64,000 nt of DNA from Flectonema sp. DT1601 (Eukaryota): positions 1,612,001 through 1,676,000 of the forward strand of contig OZ025786.1 of the NCBI GenBank assembly GCA_964019425.1, written 5' to 3'. The position numbers were made by a program, and so were the translations under genes. Below the pieces are notes generated by a model that did not search any database, was not told where the DNA came from, and saw only the letters and a program-made list of their open reading frames with translations. Numbering within the stretch: the stretch's first letter is position 1; every line of letters begins with the position of its first letter. Of this stretch, positions 1-12,790 are shown one piece after another.

Positions 1-602
1 TGCGTTCGTATTCTATATTGAACGTTTTTCTGCATGTGGTGCAAAAAAAAAAAAAATTCGGAGAGATGGGGTTTGAGGGAAAAAAAAAAATGAATGAAAA
101 AAACAAAAAAACAAAACAAAAAAAGAAAAATGCGATTCCAATGACTTTCTTTATCTCCATTTGTGTGGCGATATGAACAACCTAATTTATTATTTATTTA
201 TTTTTTTTTATTATTCCATTTTTTTTTTTTTTCCTGTTGTCTATTTTATTCATCTCTGTTGCTGGCATGCTTGCCGTCAGCGAAACACGACCGTAAATTT
301 ATGGCATCTTCGGCACCTATCTTTAATCTTTATTTATAAAGAGAAGTGAAATAGAACGAGCACTAAAACCAAAAACACATTGCGGCCACCATCTGGTGGT
401 AAACGGTCACTACAAGGCGACATGATTCCAGCCACAGCCTGGGAAGGTGATTTCTCACCCTTCTATTTTTTTTTTTTTTTTCTCTTCCAACTTTTATTAT
501 TATTATTATTATTTAATTTTTTTTTTTTTTTTATCGCTCACGCTACAAAGCGTGGAAATCGGTGCTGCTCTCATTTTTTTTTTTCTTTCTCCTTTTTTTT
601 TG

Positions 603-643
<41 letters not shown>

Positions 644-821
644 TCGAATGTCGATATTCTGCCAATTATTTCTTTTTTGTTAATCAACGACAGTATTGAG
701 AAGGTTTTTTTTTTTTCATTCTTCAAAGCAAGGAACGCAAAAAAAAAAAAAAAAAAAAAATCTCACTTACTTCTACAATACTGTTGTTCTTTGGTTGGAG
801 ACAGAATCAACGAGAAAACAA

Positions 822-859
<38 letters not shown>

Positions 860-1179
860 AAAGGACAAGAACAAGAACCGGAAAAAGAAAAAAATAAAAG
901 AGGAATGCATTTTTTCATTATTATTATTTTAGACCACAATACTACATTTTTATGAATAATGTGAGACCAGAGAGATTTAAGATTTGCTTCGTTATTTTTT
1001 TTTTCCAGGTTGAAATATGTTTTGGGGGAGAATATGTCAAAATATTTAAAATAACCCCTGACCAGGCCTCCTACTCTAACTTAGTAATTACACGTTAATG
1101 AGTGTCAACAATAATTCTCCAGGTTAAAAAGACAAAAAGTTTTGAAATTTTGATTTAAAAAAAAAATAAAAAAAAAAAA

Positions 1180-1518
1180 ATGAGTAACCCACAATCATGG
1201 AAGATGATCCACGATAGGTTGAAGGGTATTTTAAAATCGCCGACCCTATCAGGAAAAGCTCACCAATCAATGGTGTTATCAATGTATAAACAAACATTAT
1301 CAGAACTTAAAATATGGCCTTCAATTAAAAGAGCACGTGTTCGTCAAGAAGTCAGATCCATGTACAGACAGAGTGTCGAACTTACTGAAACAGAAGATAT
1401 ACAACAAGCAATTCAGAGTGGTAAGAACGGTTTGCAATCACTGGTGGAACAGAACGATAGTTTTGTTCGAAATAGATCTGGTAGTCATTTTACTCACACA
1501 CTACGAGGGCCTTTCTAG
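1180..1518 (+). CDS. LYR-motif (Complex1_LYR-like) small mitochondrial protein
   Basis: 112-aa ORF. VLSMYKQTLSELKIWP...RVRQEVRSMYRQ...EDIQQAIQSGKNGLQSL fits the LYR three-helix pattern. AG acceptor-like sites lie upstream. Confidence 0.7.
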   Translation: MSNPQSWKMIHDRLKGILKSPTLSGKAHQSMVLSMYKQTLSELKIWPSIKRARVRQEVRSMYRQSVELTETEDIQQAIQSGKNGLQSLVEQNDSFVRNRSGSHFTHTLRGPF

Positions 1519-1740
1519 ACTGATCACATCACGTGGGAAGGCTTAAATTAATAGTGATGTAGTTAAACGTAAGTTATGCACCGCACGTCGTGTGAAAAGT
1601 TACATAAAGTATTTATGTACTTGGTATATGTGTGAGACAATGTTTTCTCCCCAAAATTACTTTTATCATTTTTTTTTTATTTTTTTTTTTTTTTCAGGAA
1701 AAAAAAATTTTTAAATTGAGAAAAAAAAAAAAAAAAAAAA

Positions 1741-2418
1741 ATGAATCAAAATATAGAGCGAGCAATGTACTTCGCATTGGGAAGCGCTGCGTTAATGTGT
1801 TGTATTCAGAGAAGGATAGATCGTCGGCGGAGACAAATATTAGATGATAACACAGATTGGGACCAATCACCAGTATGGGAAGCAGTTCCAGAGGGATCGA
1901 GGAGAGGAAAGATGGTTATTCCAAAGAAAGTAAATTGGAAAGGATGGAGCATTCTGATCGATCTTGATTGCTGTGCTGAGATTGGAAGCACTTCTCTTAA
2001 TTATAACATTTCATCCTCCGAATTAAAACTGCTGCATACTATATCAAAAACATGTGGTGACTCTCTCTACTTAATGAAAGAAGTTCAAAGTGATGAGGAA
2101 CAGGCAGCGATCCAACATTCAATTTCGTTGTTAGGATTAAGAAATTTTCCACTTCACAATTTGTTATTTTGCTCAACTGAAATTGGTCGTAAAGCAATTG
2201 GAAGACAACTCTCACCAACTCTTTGCGTTGAATCGAATTATTTTGTTATAGAATACCTCTCTCCTCATATTACGTACAGCTGCTATGTGTCTGATTGTCC
2301 ACAAGATGATCCTCCTTCGGTTTATCAAACTCAATCCCTGTCGCAGTATTTTGATATTTTAGATGGAATCATTTCACCTGACTCGATAGAAATCCAAACC
2401 TTGAAATCCTCAAATTGA
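1741..2418 (+). CDS. PEX22: Peroxisome/glycosome biogenesis protein 22 (plant-type PEX22)
   Basis: N-terminal hydrophobic anchor followed by a basic patch. LYLMKEVQSDEE and LLFCSTEIGRKAIGRQLSP resemble the plant PEX22 motifs LYLME.V.DDE and VLFCSTE.GR.SFVRQLEP. Confidence 0.8.
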   Translation: MNQNIERAMYFALGSAALMCCIQRRIDRRRRQILDDNTDWDQSPVWEAVPEGSRRGKMVIPKKVNWKGWSILIDLDCCAEIGSTSLNYNISSSELKLLHTISKTCGDSLYLMKEVQSDEEQAAIQHSISLLGLRNFPLHNLLFCSTEIGRKAIGRQLSPTLCVESNYFVIEYLSPHITYSCYVSDCPQDDPPSVYQTQSLSQYFDILDGIISPDSIEIQTLKSSN

Positions 2419-2466
2419 TAAAAAACTTTTTTTTTTTGAGGGATAAAATAATGTTACTTGACATGA

Positions 2467-2498
<32 letters not shown>

Positions 2499-2713
2499 TG
2501 TACCTACAAAATCCATTGTTCGGTAGAAAGAGAATTGTGTCAGCAAAACTAACCTATTCCTTTATTAGGATTTTCTACCGGTTGCACACAAAACAAAAGT
2601 GTGAGTGAGTAAGTAAAAAAGTGAAGTTTGCCGATTCTTTTTTTTTAATACTCACACATGGGGGGGGACCTTGCCATGTTTGAAAAATTAAACTTCTTTG
2701 AAAACGACGGCTT

Positions 2714-2776
2714 TTGAAACACGGACCAAGGAGTCTAACACGTGTGCAAGGTTTAGGGTGTCAAACCCATAAGCTG
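2714..2776 (+). rRNA. Isolated fragment of eukaryotic LSU (28S) rRNA, non-functional
   Basis: TTGAAACACGGACCAAGGAGTCTAAC is the conserved eukaryotic LSU segment after D2. It is followed by a GGGTGTCAAACCC helix. Flanks are not rDNA. Confidence 0.8.
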
Positions 2777-3610
2777 AAAACGATCCTTGCTGTCATCCAA
2801 CTTCCGTCCTGTTCTCGTTTTGGAGAAGTTCACAACATTTAAAAAAAAAAAAAAAAAATCATTATTTGTAGCGCCCATTAATAACATGGACTCCTTATTC
2901 TTTAAAGATGTCCTTGTGGGTTCAAATCTAACAAATGGTTGATACAAGAACTCATCCCGTGATTTAATATCCCCTTAAGCAATAATGACGGGATGGGTAA
3001 GTAGAGTAAATGCGCCTACTAAAATGATAATAATCGGGCACATATATATGGGTCGATTTGCAACCTTAATGAATAATAATAATAATAATATTATTGTGAT
3101 GTTTTTTAATAGAACCCGTTTTTATGTAGCAATGCGACTACGGTGTTTTAACTCGCGAGTGTTTCTTACCTACCAACAAGACCACCTACCTACTGGAGGC
3201 AGTTTGTATCCGGATTACACTTTACAAAGATTAGTCAATAGAGTTTTCTGTTAACAAATAAAAACAACAGAACTACTAGCATGTGTTTTTCTCTCCCGAC
3301 ATGGGGGGGGGGGAAAAAATTAATAACAATTAGTGAACAATACAAAAAAAAAAAAAAAAAAGTGAAGAAAAACCACACACACGCTCAGTAAGAATCTGGT
3401 TTGGAAGCCTTATTAGAATTTAAAAAGAACTTCACATTTTTTGATACTAATATTACATACCTTTTCACAGACTTTTTTAAAAAAAAAAAAAACAACTATT
3501 TTTAGATAATATGAATCTTCCTTTTTGGTATTTGAAAATAACCCGAAAAAAGAAGAAAATTTGTTTTAAAATTATTTTATTTTCAGTTGTTTTTTTATAA
3601 TTTAAAAAAG

Positions 3611-5017
3611 ATGGAAGGATCAGAGAGTTTGTTTGAGTCCTTTAGTCACTCAGAGGATGAGTACCTTAAATCAAATAACGTGCCATCAATGCTTGAAGAC
3701 GCCTGTCGTGCTGCAGCTGAAGAACAACCTTCAGATGCGAAAATGTTTATAAGTAATTTCATTGCGAATTATGAACCAAAATTGAAATGGAATGCCCCGT
3801 TTTCACAAGCTGTTCAGGCAGAAGCTCAGAAACAAAAGAAAAAAGGAAAAGTTTCGTTCGATTTTCAAATTTTTGAAAATGACGAAAGCACCAGTAGCTG
3901 TGAGACTACCGGATCGGTAGTTGTCACCTCAAAAGTTGCTCTCATAGAGGATTTGATTGAAGACCTCCGAACACATTTAATGGAAGGAGTCTGGAGTGAC
4001 ATCTGTGTTGGAGTTGATGATTATTTAATAATAAGAAGAACACGTGAAAGTGAACAAGAACGCCTCGACGCTGAAGACAACAACAGCAGCGATGACGACG
4101 ATCCTGACGACGGTTCCATAATCTCAAGTGAAGGAGAAGATGACTCGGTTGATGATGAAGACTTAGCTCGTGGTATTGGACAAACATTAATCGTATTGAA
4201 AGAAAGTATTGCTGGATATGATCGCGGTGAGGTGTCTATTGATTTACATGTTACTAACAACTGTCAATCTAACTTTTCATCTCTCTCTGAAGCGATGCAA
4301 TCAATAAGTGAAGAGATCACCACTCACGGAATTGATATTCAATTTCAACCTTTTCCAATTAGAAAGAGACATGATGACTTTAAAGGTTTCGTTCATGAGA
4401 ATCAAGTTCTAATGTGGGCGAGGATCTGCGTTGCTAAAGAAGAAAGAATGTTTTCACAGGAACAGCACTTTGAAATCTTCGTTAATTTGCTTGGCACTTC
4501 TGTTTACCGTGAGCACACACCCACAAAGACGCAGTACGACACATATGAGATTATCCCTTCATTCGGTCAGTTGGTTAACGTTAAGCAACCTGCTCGTCAT
4601 GAAGCACTCTGTAATCCTGATGCTGTTGTTAAAGTAAAAGGTTTAGATGAAAGTATACATCACTTTAAACTGTCTCTTGTGAGAGTAGCAGAGCATATTA
4701 TCCACACGGTTATTCACGGTGAGTTCCTCCTCGATATCGCTAGAAGGATATCACTCGCGTCTTCTGAGGAACCCCTTTTCAGAAAAATGTTGGCTCGAAG
4801 GATTTCAACCCCTCACGAGCATCTCCGAAAAGCTTTCTCAGGACTGGACTTAACTCGTAATCGGAGACAGTCTGCACCAAATGTTACGAGGAGGACGACG
4901 CTTCATGAAATAGTACTTGGTATGCGGGTTACAGTTTTTTTTTTTTTTTTTTTGTTTTCAATATCAAACAACAATAATATCATCAACACAGATGAACTCG
5001 GTCAAAGTATGAAATAA
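3611..5017 (+). CDS. Protein with N-terminal RIIa/Dpy-30-like dimerization/docking motif and an acidic tract; one probable intron (4920-4991)
   Basis: ATG at 3611 follows a TTTTCAG acceptor. EYLKSNNVPSMLEDACRAAAEEQPSDAKMFISNF is D/D-like. Removing the 72-nt GTATGC...ACACAG segment deletes the poly-F stretch in frame. Confidence 0.7.
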   Translation: MEGSESLFESFSHSEDEYLKSNNVPSMLEDACRAAAEEQPSDAKMFISNFIANYEPKLKWNAPFSQAVQAEAQKQKKKGKVSFDFQIFENDESTSSCETTGSVVVTSKVALIEDLIEDLRTHLMEGVWSDICVGVDDYLIIRRTRESEQERLDAEDNNSSDDDDPDDGSIISSEGEDDSVDDEDLARGIGQTLIVLKESIAGYDRGEVSIDLHVTNNCQSNFSSLSEAMQSISEEITTHGIDIQFQPFPIRKRHDDFKGFVHENQVLMWARICVAKEERMFSQEQHFEIFVNLLGTSVYREHTPTKTQYDTYEIIPSFGQLVNVKQPARHEALCNPDAVVKVKGLDESIHHFKLSLVRVAEHIIHTVIHGEFLLDIARRISLASSEEPLFRKMLARRISTPHEHLRKAFSGLDLTRNRRQSAPNVTRRTTLHEIVLGMRVTVFFFFFLFSISNNNNIINTDELGQSMK

Positions 5018-6401
5018 TACGCAAATCCAATGAACTGAGTGTGATTAGATTCTATCTTATCGTTGCAGAGTGCTGTATTAGATCGAAACTGCTTTGATTA
5101 CTAAAATGAAAGCAGTGATTTGTTTCGTTTTTTTGATATTTTTATATTAGTTCGTCGTTTATTCAGTTTCTAACTACTGGGTTGGTTTTCTTTTTTTCCA
5201 TATTTTTTATTTTCTTTTTGCAATCAACCCAATCTTCATTCTTTGTTATGTCTGCCTTTATTTTTTTTATTGGGGGGTGGGCCAACCACACTAGTTTTTG
5301 TAGAAAAAATTTCTCATTTTTTTTTTTTTTTTTTTTTCCCCCCCTTTTTTCGAAGAACATTTAAAAAAAAAAAAAGCTTGCTATGTTCCAGTAGGTTTCC
5401 TATTGTTTCGCAAAGCGAATAATAAATCTTTTTTTCCCCCTGCTTTTTTTTGTCACTTTTTTAGGTGGTTGCTTCCTGTAGTTCCAACCTGTTGCAAACA
5501 GAGCTGATTTTCTCGAAGTTGCTCAATATTTTTTTGTTTTTACTGCCACTGTATTTTCATAATTTTTTTTTTTTTTTTATTTTTCAAATCAGGGAATCCG
5601 GTTATAGGGTACCAGGGAGTCCGCAGATTAGAATAAAATAAAAATAAAATAAAAAGTATAAAATCAATCACAATATTATGTTAGTCAAGTCACCTACCGT
5701 AGATATACTAAATAGTGTCTATCTAATCAGTACTCGATTGTATGTCGGACTCGCTAACTAGCCAAGACCCCTGAAAAGTTGAACTGCTAGCTTATTTGCT
5801 ATTTTTGTGATAATTCCATTTATGTGAGGGTGGTATGTGGTGGTTTTTTTTTACAGTGGATTTTTTTCTTCTTCTCCTACTTATTTAAAGCAAGCATGTT
5901 ATGGATGCATTTATTTTTCCTGCTTTTTACTTAGTATTTCATTGCCTTTCAGACACTTTTTTTTTTTAAAAAAGTTTTTTTTTATTATTAACCTTTCCAC
6001 ACAGTTCCCTTAAATCATTTTTTTTTTCTCATTTTTTTTTTAATTTTTTTTAATTGATTTATTGTACGCGAACACCTCCTAGATGATAATACTTATTTAT
6101 GGAGTTGTTTTTGGATTTTTGGTTAAAAAAAAATAACTGTTAGGGAGTAAAACGAGATGATGTTCTCTTCTTATTTATCATATTTTCCTTTTCTTTACAT
6201 ATATTCTATTCTATTTTGATATTTACGAAAGAACTTTTTTTGCTGCTGTTATTTTAGCAGTTTGGTTCTCCGCACAAAATATGATATTTAAACTTTTTTT
6301 TTTTTTTTTTTTTTTTTTTACTAACATGTGGTTTTTTTGCAATCGTGTGCACTGCCGCTGACATTTCTTTCAGAAGACCTCAAAGAAGAGTATCAGTTGA
6401 C

Positions 6402-6432
<31 letters not shown>

Positions 6433-6733
6433 GCGGGTAATTCTTTTTATAATTATTATGTTCTTTTATGTGGTGACGTGAACCTACTTTTTTTTTAATG
6501 GTCTCAAAAAAATTTATTTTTTTTGTAGACCTTTTTTGATGTTAGGTTTATTTTCTTCCCTTACCGCACCATATAGAGCCTCTTATTAAAAAATAACAGG
6601 CAATCAACAGAATCAAAAAAAAAAAAAAAAAAATCGATAGAATTATCAAGCAAAATGAATACAAGTCAAGGTTTTTTTGGTCAGTAAGAAAAAAAATGTC
6701 TCGCTGTTTTTGTGTAGAGATATCCTTGCTGGT

Positions 6734-6767
<34 letters not shown>

Positions 6768-7163
6768 TTGTTTGACTTCTCTTGTATTTTGTAGATTACT
6801 GAGTATACTATTCCCATATACCTGATAGAAATAAATCTTCGGGTGACTGATGGGCGCATAGATGAGTTCAACCAAAAAAAAAAAAAAAAAAAAAAAAAAT
6901 ATTTTAGGCTTTGTTAACACATCCACGTGAACTCCCTTTTTGTACCCCCCAATTTAGTTTTTATATATTTTTGATCTTCGTATTTCGTAGCAGGCATTTG
7001 ATTGTATCCTTTTGATGAGGCTCTCTTTTCATGTTTTGGTATTCACGTCTTTCAATTATGTTGTCAATCATGACAATAAGTGTCTTCCAACTTTTCTCCT
7101 TTTTTCATGAGAGATTTGCGTTTCAATTAATCAATTGTTGTATTAGATGAAAATTAGCTGCTT

Positions 7164-7194
<31 letters not shown>

Positions 7195-7436
7195 GGAAGG
7201 GGGTGTTGACTTTTTTTTTACTTTATTTTGGAAACGTCCTTTTCACGCAGTCTCATGTTCAAAAAAAACTGAACAAAATATTTTCCTATAGAGGATTCAT
7301 TTTCTTCTGACTCAGTCATCATTTGGTAGGTTCGTTGCAGTTTATAACCATTAATACTGGCTAGTTACAGTCTACCAGTGGCTCTGGCCTTGTGCGACAT
7401 TATTGTGTCGAAATACTGTCTGAGCATGAATGGAAA

Positions 7437-7472
<36 letters not shown>

Positions 7473-8323
7473 ATTTATCCCCCAACGCAGTACCATTCAT
7501 TAGTTGGTAACCCGTTCACTGATATTTCAGGTTATTCTACGTCTCTTATCGTCTGTGAGAGTCTCACAGTTGCTGGTGTGAGCTTTTCCTGGCTTTTGGC
7601 TTCCTAGGCTTCGTAAATAAATAAATGAATAAATTTATAAAGGGGAACCGTGTTAAATGGAAGAAATAACCATGTTGACGTGGTCCTTTTGATGAGAATG
7701 GCAAACGCGATGAGTAGGACAGGCCTGACACGGCAGTGTCCTCCTACCCTCTTCGCTGTTGAGGGCTGGGTAAGGGGAATGGTTTGGAGAGAAAGATTTT
7801 TTTAACGTTAGCCCCGAAACCCAATCCGTTATTTGTTTGTTGTCCTACGAAATGTTTTTTTTTTTTTTTTTTTTAAATTAACAAACGAATCAGTTCTTTT
7901 GAAATAAGCAATTGATAAATCCGATTTATCAAAAAAAAACTAGAATGAAGTCCTAAGAGTATAAGATTAAGGCTACTTGGAACTACGTATTCCACAAGTG
8001 TTTTTATGGAACAGCAGAACAACTACGTATTCTAACTAGTTACTGGTATAGGTATAAGTCAAAAGGAAGGGTTTTATAGTTTTTGAATAAACTAGGGTAA
8101 ACTTGTTGCATCTGATCGAAGTAATCAAGAATCGAGATTTACCCAACCTCGGGAATCAGAAAATACACGAAATAATAACAACAACAGTTATATTAGTGAG
8201 CATTTCTTTTTTTTTTTATTTATTTTTTTTTTATTCTTAAAATGCGAGTATTATTTTATTTCTTTTTTTCACTTCTGTCAGGTATGTAACAAAATCTTGT
8301 AGATTTTTTTTACGTGATATTGT

Positions 8324-8367
<44 letters not shown>

Positions 8368-8674
8368 AGTGAAGACATTATATAGCAAACCAGAACCGGA
8401 ATTGGCATTCTGCAGTGCGGTGCCGAAATCAACTGAGTTTGAAGAGATTGGAGTACAAATAGGAAAAGCTCATGATTAGGTCAGTGAGCGATGAGATAGA
8501 TGTGTGGACTTTTCCTTAACGTTGTAAACTGTTTTTTTTTTTTTTCAATGCCCCCCTTTTTGACATTTGACTGACTTACTTCTACACTGATGATGAGAGA
8601 ATAGAGGTAAAGAGGTATATGGATTACTCTCGAAACCTAAATAGTTACTTTATTATACTAAGTTGCGCATCACA

Positions 8675-8848
8675 CCTAGTCACTGTATCTAAAACTAATG
8701 TTTAAATTATCGTTATGTTGTTTATGATACAATACATTTGTATTTTACGTACAAAAATCAAACAGTTATCCCCCTCTTTTTATTTATTTATTTATTTTGT
8801 TAAACTGTTCAGATTATCCTTTTTTATTTAGTTAACCGCAGACTACGT
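8675..8848. repeat. Dispersed ~130-170 bp repeat; other copies at 26702-26831, 27625-27722 and a partial copy at ~26555-26583
   Basis: CCTAGTCACTGTATCTAAAACTAATG...AATCAAACAGTTA is near-identical at 8675 and 26702 and diverged at 27625. Confidence 0.85.
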
Positions 8849-9651
8849 TAGTAATTTAAAAAAAAAAAAAAATTAAAAAAAAAAAGAAAACAATGAAAGG
8901 TAAAAACGCATAAGTGTCTATTGACCTGTCTACTGACCCTCACGGTTATTGAAGTTTGAATAAGAATTGTTCAGTTAATGATAAATAACAAGAAATAAAG
9001 AAAAAAAAAAAAAAAAAAAAATACAAAATTTTGTCAGTGCTTGTGAGTTGTGTATTTTGCTTATTGAATTTTTCATCTTTGTTTTTACCCTGCTTAGTTG
9101 TTTCAGATAGCTGTCGGAAAGGAATTTTTTTTTTTTTTTTTTTTTTTTTTAATACTGCCTCGGTGCCTGTAATTTTTAGTTCTTCCCTTTTCGATTTGAG
9201 TATCGCCTCTGCTTCGATAGGTAATTTAATAAAAATAAAAAATAAAAATATCTAACATTTTGCTTGCTAAAAGCTGGTATATTACAAGTGTGACGTATTT
9301 AGTTTTTTTTGGCACGAACATTTTCAACTTGCGTTTTTTCTTTTGGCTTTGCATATTTTCAAAGTCATTTTTCAAAAGCCGTCGAATCCTCGACGACTCG
9401 TTTCTTTTTAAATCTTTATTCTCAGTATGGCTATGCAACGAGTTAGTCATCAACATCCTTCAGAGTGTAGTAACACACTACTATTATGATATTAATTTCT
9501 TCAGTCGGTCATTAGAAGGAAAAATAATTTATTATTCCAGCAAAGAATCGATTTAAAAAAAAAAAAAAGAAACAAAAAAACAAACAACTTAACTACCTAG
9601 TGTTGTTTTGAGTCCTCTCCCAGATGGTTGTGTGGTGATTCCACTTAGTCA

Positions 9652-9690
<39 letters not shown>

Positions 9691-11078
9691 GTGAATGCAG
9701 AAATAAAACCTGGTGAGCGGCTGAAAATCATCATTTTTCAGGTTTCTGTGTTGCTTAGGTGGCAACCAGGAGTTTTGTTTTATTTCCGACTTACATCGAG
9801 TCGTTGTGATGACTTGATAGAATTTATTATCTTGTCAAGTAGAATACAAAGAGATGAATAATTTATAAATTAAATTTCATCAAAGTAACCTATCGGTGCT
9901 CACGCGCACGTCTAATTAGATATATGTGTTGGTCGGTAGTCAAAAAAAAAAAAAAAAAAAAACACACAACTTTTTTTAGAAAACAAAAAAAATAACGACT
10001 TTTTCACATCGTTGATTCAATACAAATAGATAAATATAAATAAGGGATTCTTCATTTCTCTTTGTTTCTTTCTTTCTTTCTTCCCTTTTTTTTTTTTTTT
10101 TTTTTTTTTTTTCTTCCCGGCGGACAGAATTCATATCCGATCGCGTGGATGGTTGTCATCGGTCATTGATTAGCCAACCGGTACTTATATCCAATTTGTT
10201 TTTCCTTTCTCTGTGTGGCATTCTGTCTTCGAAGTGAAGGTATTCATAACAAGGCTAAATCGTAGTCGCTTGCACTGTTTTTTTCGACAGTCACTATGCT
10301 AAAATCGCCATTTTAATGGCGATACAAAAAGCATATTTATAATGCGACAACAACTCCGTGAAGTCTGTTGGTTCCTTCGCTTAGTTCGTTAGTTCTGTTG
10401 GCGCACAGTAGAAAGCTCACCACTTGACTTCTTCAGATGTTGTGAAAATTGCACTGTGCTCTGCTGTCATTCTGCACATCGGGGGAAACTCACAACAAAA
10501 TGTTTTCACATTTTTTTTTTTATTTTAAAAAAATATTTTTTTTGTTATTGTTCTCCTGATTGGTTGATTCGTTTTTTCATCTTTTTCTACAGGTTTTCTG
10601 CACTATTTTTTTTTTCTTTCTTTTTGTTCGTCTTTTTTTTTTTTTTTTTTTTCATTTTTTTTTTCATCTTGAGTTTCTCCTACGAACGAAAATACTACAG
10701 AATAAACACACAACTTTCCCTTCGTGCTTTCGTTGGGTTTGTGGGGAAGGTGTGGTTGGCGGAAACTTTGAGTTTTTTACACTTAAAGTTAGGGATCTAT
10801 TAGCCAGCAACTTTTCTAAAATAAAGATACAATAAAATAAAAATACCAAAAAATTATATTGCGTAATTATTGATAGATGCCTTTACAATTTTCAAATTTT
10901 GTGAATTTTTTTTTTTTTTTTGTTTTAAGAACACGTCACGAATCTAGATTTATATAAAGGCTGCATTAGACGAATTTTGACACTTTTCATAACGTGAGTT
11001 GTCACCTGTCTTCTTTTTGCATCAAACGGCAGCAATATTATGGTATTGTAGTTTTTTTCGGTTCAATTTTGAAATTTT

Positions 11079-11115
<37 letters not shown>

Positions 11116-11811
11116 AGAAATACAAGAATGTCCCTTTTTTTTTTTTTTTTTGTCTCCTTCTTTATCCCTCTCTTAGCACATTTCCCCTGAAGGAAAAAAT
11201 ATTATTGAGCGTCTTATTACCTCACCACATCACTGTGCTGTATACTAGGTGATGGTTGCAGTCAGACGTGATGAGTGGCCCAATTGTGATTTTCCGACAA
11301 TTCTGTGTTAACAACTAACAAACAAGCAATTACAAAAAAAAAACATCTGCCGTGCCAATTGGTATTGTAATCGGCAGGGTGATGCAAATTTTCATCTTTA
11401 TATTTGTCTTTTTTTTTTATTTTATTTTTTTTACTTTTTATTTTTTTTTTATTTTGCAAAACTAGTATTTTGGTTTCACAATAATGATAGATGAATTTAA
11501 CTTTTCTTTTCCTCCAGGTAACATAGGCAAGTGGCGCTCAACTATGTTCACGTGGCCTCCAGTGGCATTATTTATTTATTTGTAGTCATTTACTAACCTG
11601 CCGCTGACAGATTGTCGGGGAGAAATTGTTGTTCCTTTGAGCTTAAGAATGCAGTATCAAAATTACCTCAAAATAAAATATAGCAATATCAGAAATATGG
11701 TTTTGTGTAACTCGCCGTTTGCGTTTTTGATGTCGTTTTTTTTTTTTAAAATATTTTTATTCAATAACAGGACTTTTCTTTATTTAAAAAAAACAACATA
11801 AAACTACACCA

Positions 11812-12483
11812 ATGCCATCATCTCAACTCACAACTGCGGACATTAAAGAAGATATGTTGGCTCGCGTAAGAAGACAGATTGACCCAGAATACAAAAAGTA
11901 CAGTAAGCATAGTGTTGTTAAAGTAAGTGCATTGAAAAAGCCAAACGTTACAATTTGGTCAAAGGGAACCACTGCTGGTGATTGGAAGGTTTACAGAGTG
12001 AGTGGAGAAATTAACGCAAAATTTGAAGATGTCGTTAAATTCTTTAAAGCTGCTGACACGGATCTAAAGAAGATGAAAATCATGGCACAGACTGCAAGTT
12101 CAAATGAAATAATTAAAACACACGAACATGGTGTTCACATTAAAAGAGTTGATGCGTTTCCTTGGCCACTTGTTGACAGAGTTTTCTTAAGTTACAGAGT
12201 TAGTGAGAAGACTGATTCTAGTTTTACAATGGCGTGTTGCCATGATCCTGATTTCAAACCCGCATGCGAAGGATCACTTCAAAAAGCTAAGCTATTCCCC
12301 GGAGGTGCTATTATTGAGAAGGTAAGCGACAAGGTCACTCGAGTCACAACTGTTGGTGGTGCTGATCTGAAAGGAAATATCCCTGCGTGGATCGTTGACT
12401 CATTCATTGGTGACATCGCTCACTCGCTTGGAAGACTCCAACAGCACTTTGATAAGAAGGCCAAGAAGGTCACGGCTGCCTAA
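11812..12483 (+). CDS. START-domain lipid-binding protein
   Basis: 223 aa. FPWPLVDRVFL and TRVTTVGGADLKGNIPAWIVD are typical START motifs (P.P...RDF and D.KG.IP.W). Confidence 0.88.
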   Translation: MPSSQLTTADIKEDMLARVRRQIDPEYKKYSKHSVVKVSALKKPNVTIWSKGTTAGDWKVYRVSGEINAKFEDVVKFFKAADTDLKKMKIMAQTASSNEIIKTHEHGVHIKRVDAFPWPLVDRVFLSYRVSEKTDSSFTMACCHDPDFKPACEGSLQKAKLFPGGAIIEKVSDKVTRVTTVGGADLKGNIPAWIVDSFIGDIAHSLGRLQQHFDKKAKKVTAA

Positions 12484-12755
12484 TGTCACAGTCTTGATTT
12501 TTCTTTTTTCCAAAATCTTTTTTTAATAGTGAGTTTGGGAATTCGTTTTATTTTTTTTTCCGATTGGTCAATACTTGTCAGGTTGTTTTTTGGCGATCCA
12601 AAACTCTCTTTTAATTTTTCATTCTTTCCCTTGATTCTCAATTTTCAAAAAAAAAAAAACAAAAAACAAAAAACAATAACAGCAGCAATTTTTTCATGTC
12701 GCTTTTTAGTTGTTGTTTTTTTTCTCTCTCTTTTCTACTATGCGAGTATTTTCAT

Positions 12756-12790
<35 letters not shown>

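Noticed and set aside
8587..8650. Hammerhead ribozyme (CTGATGA...GAGAG/CTCTC-GAAAC)
   Set aside because: There is an extra TGA in the core and I could not form stem I. At best a degenerate or chance match.
9031..9556. Overlapping short ORFs as a gene
   Set aside because: Interrupted by homopolymers and without a recognisable motif. A decayed minus-strand relic is possible but unsupported.
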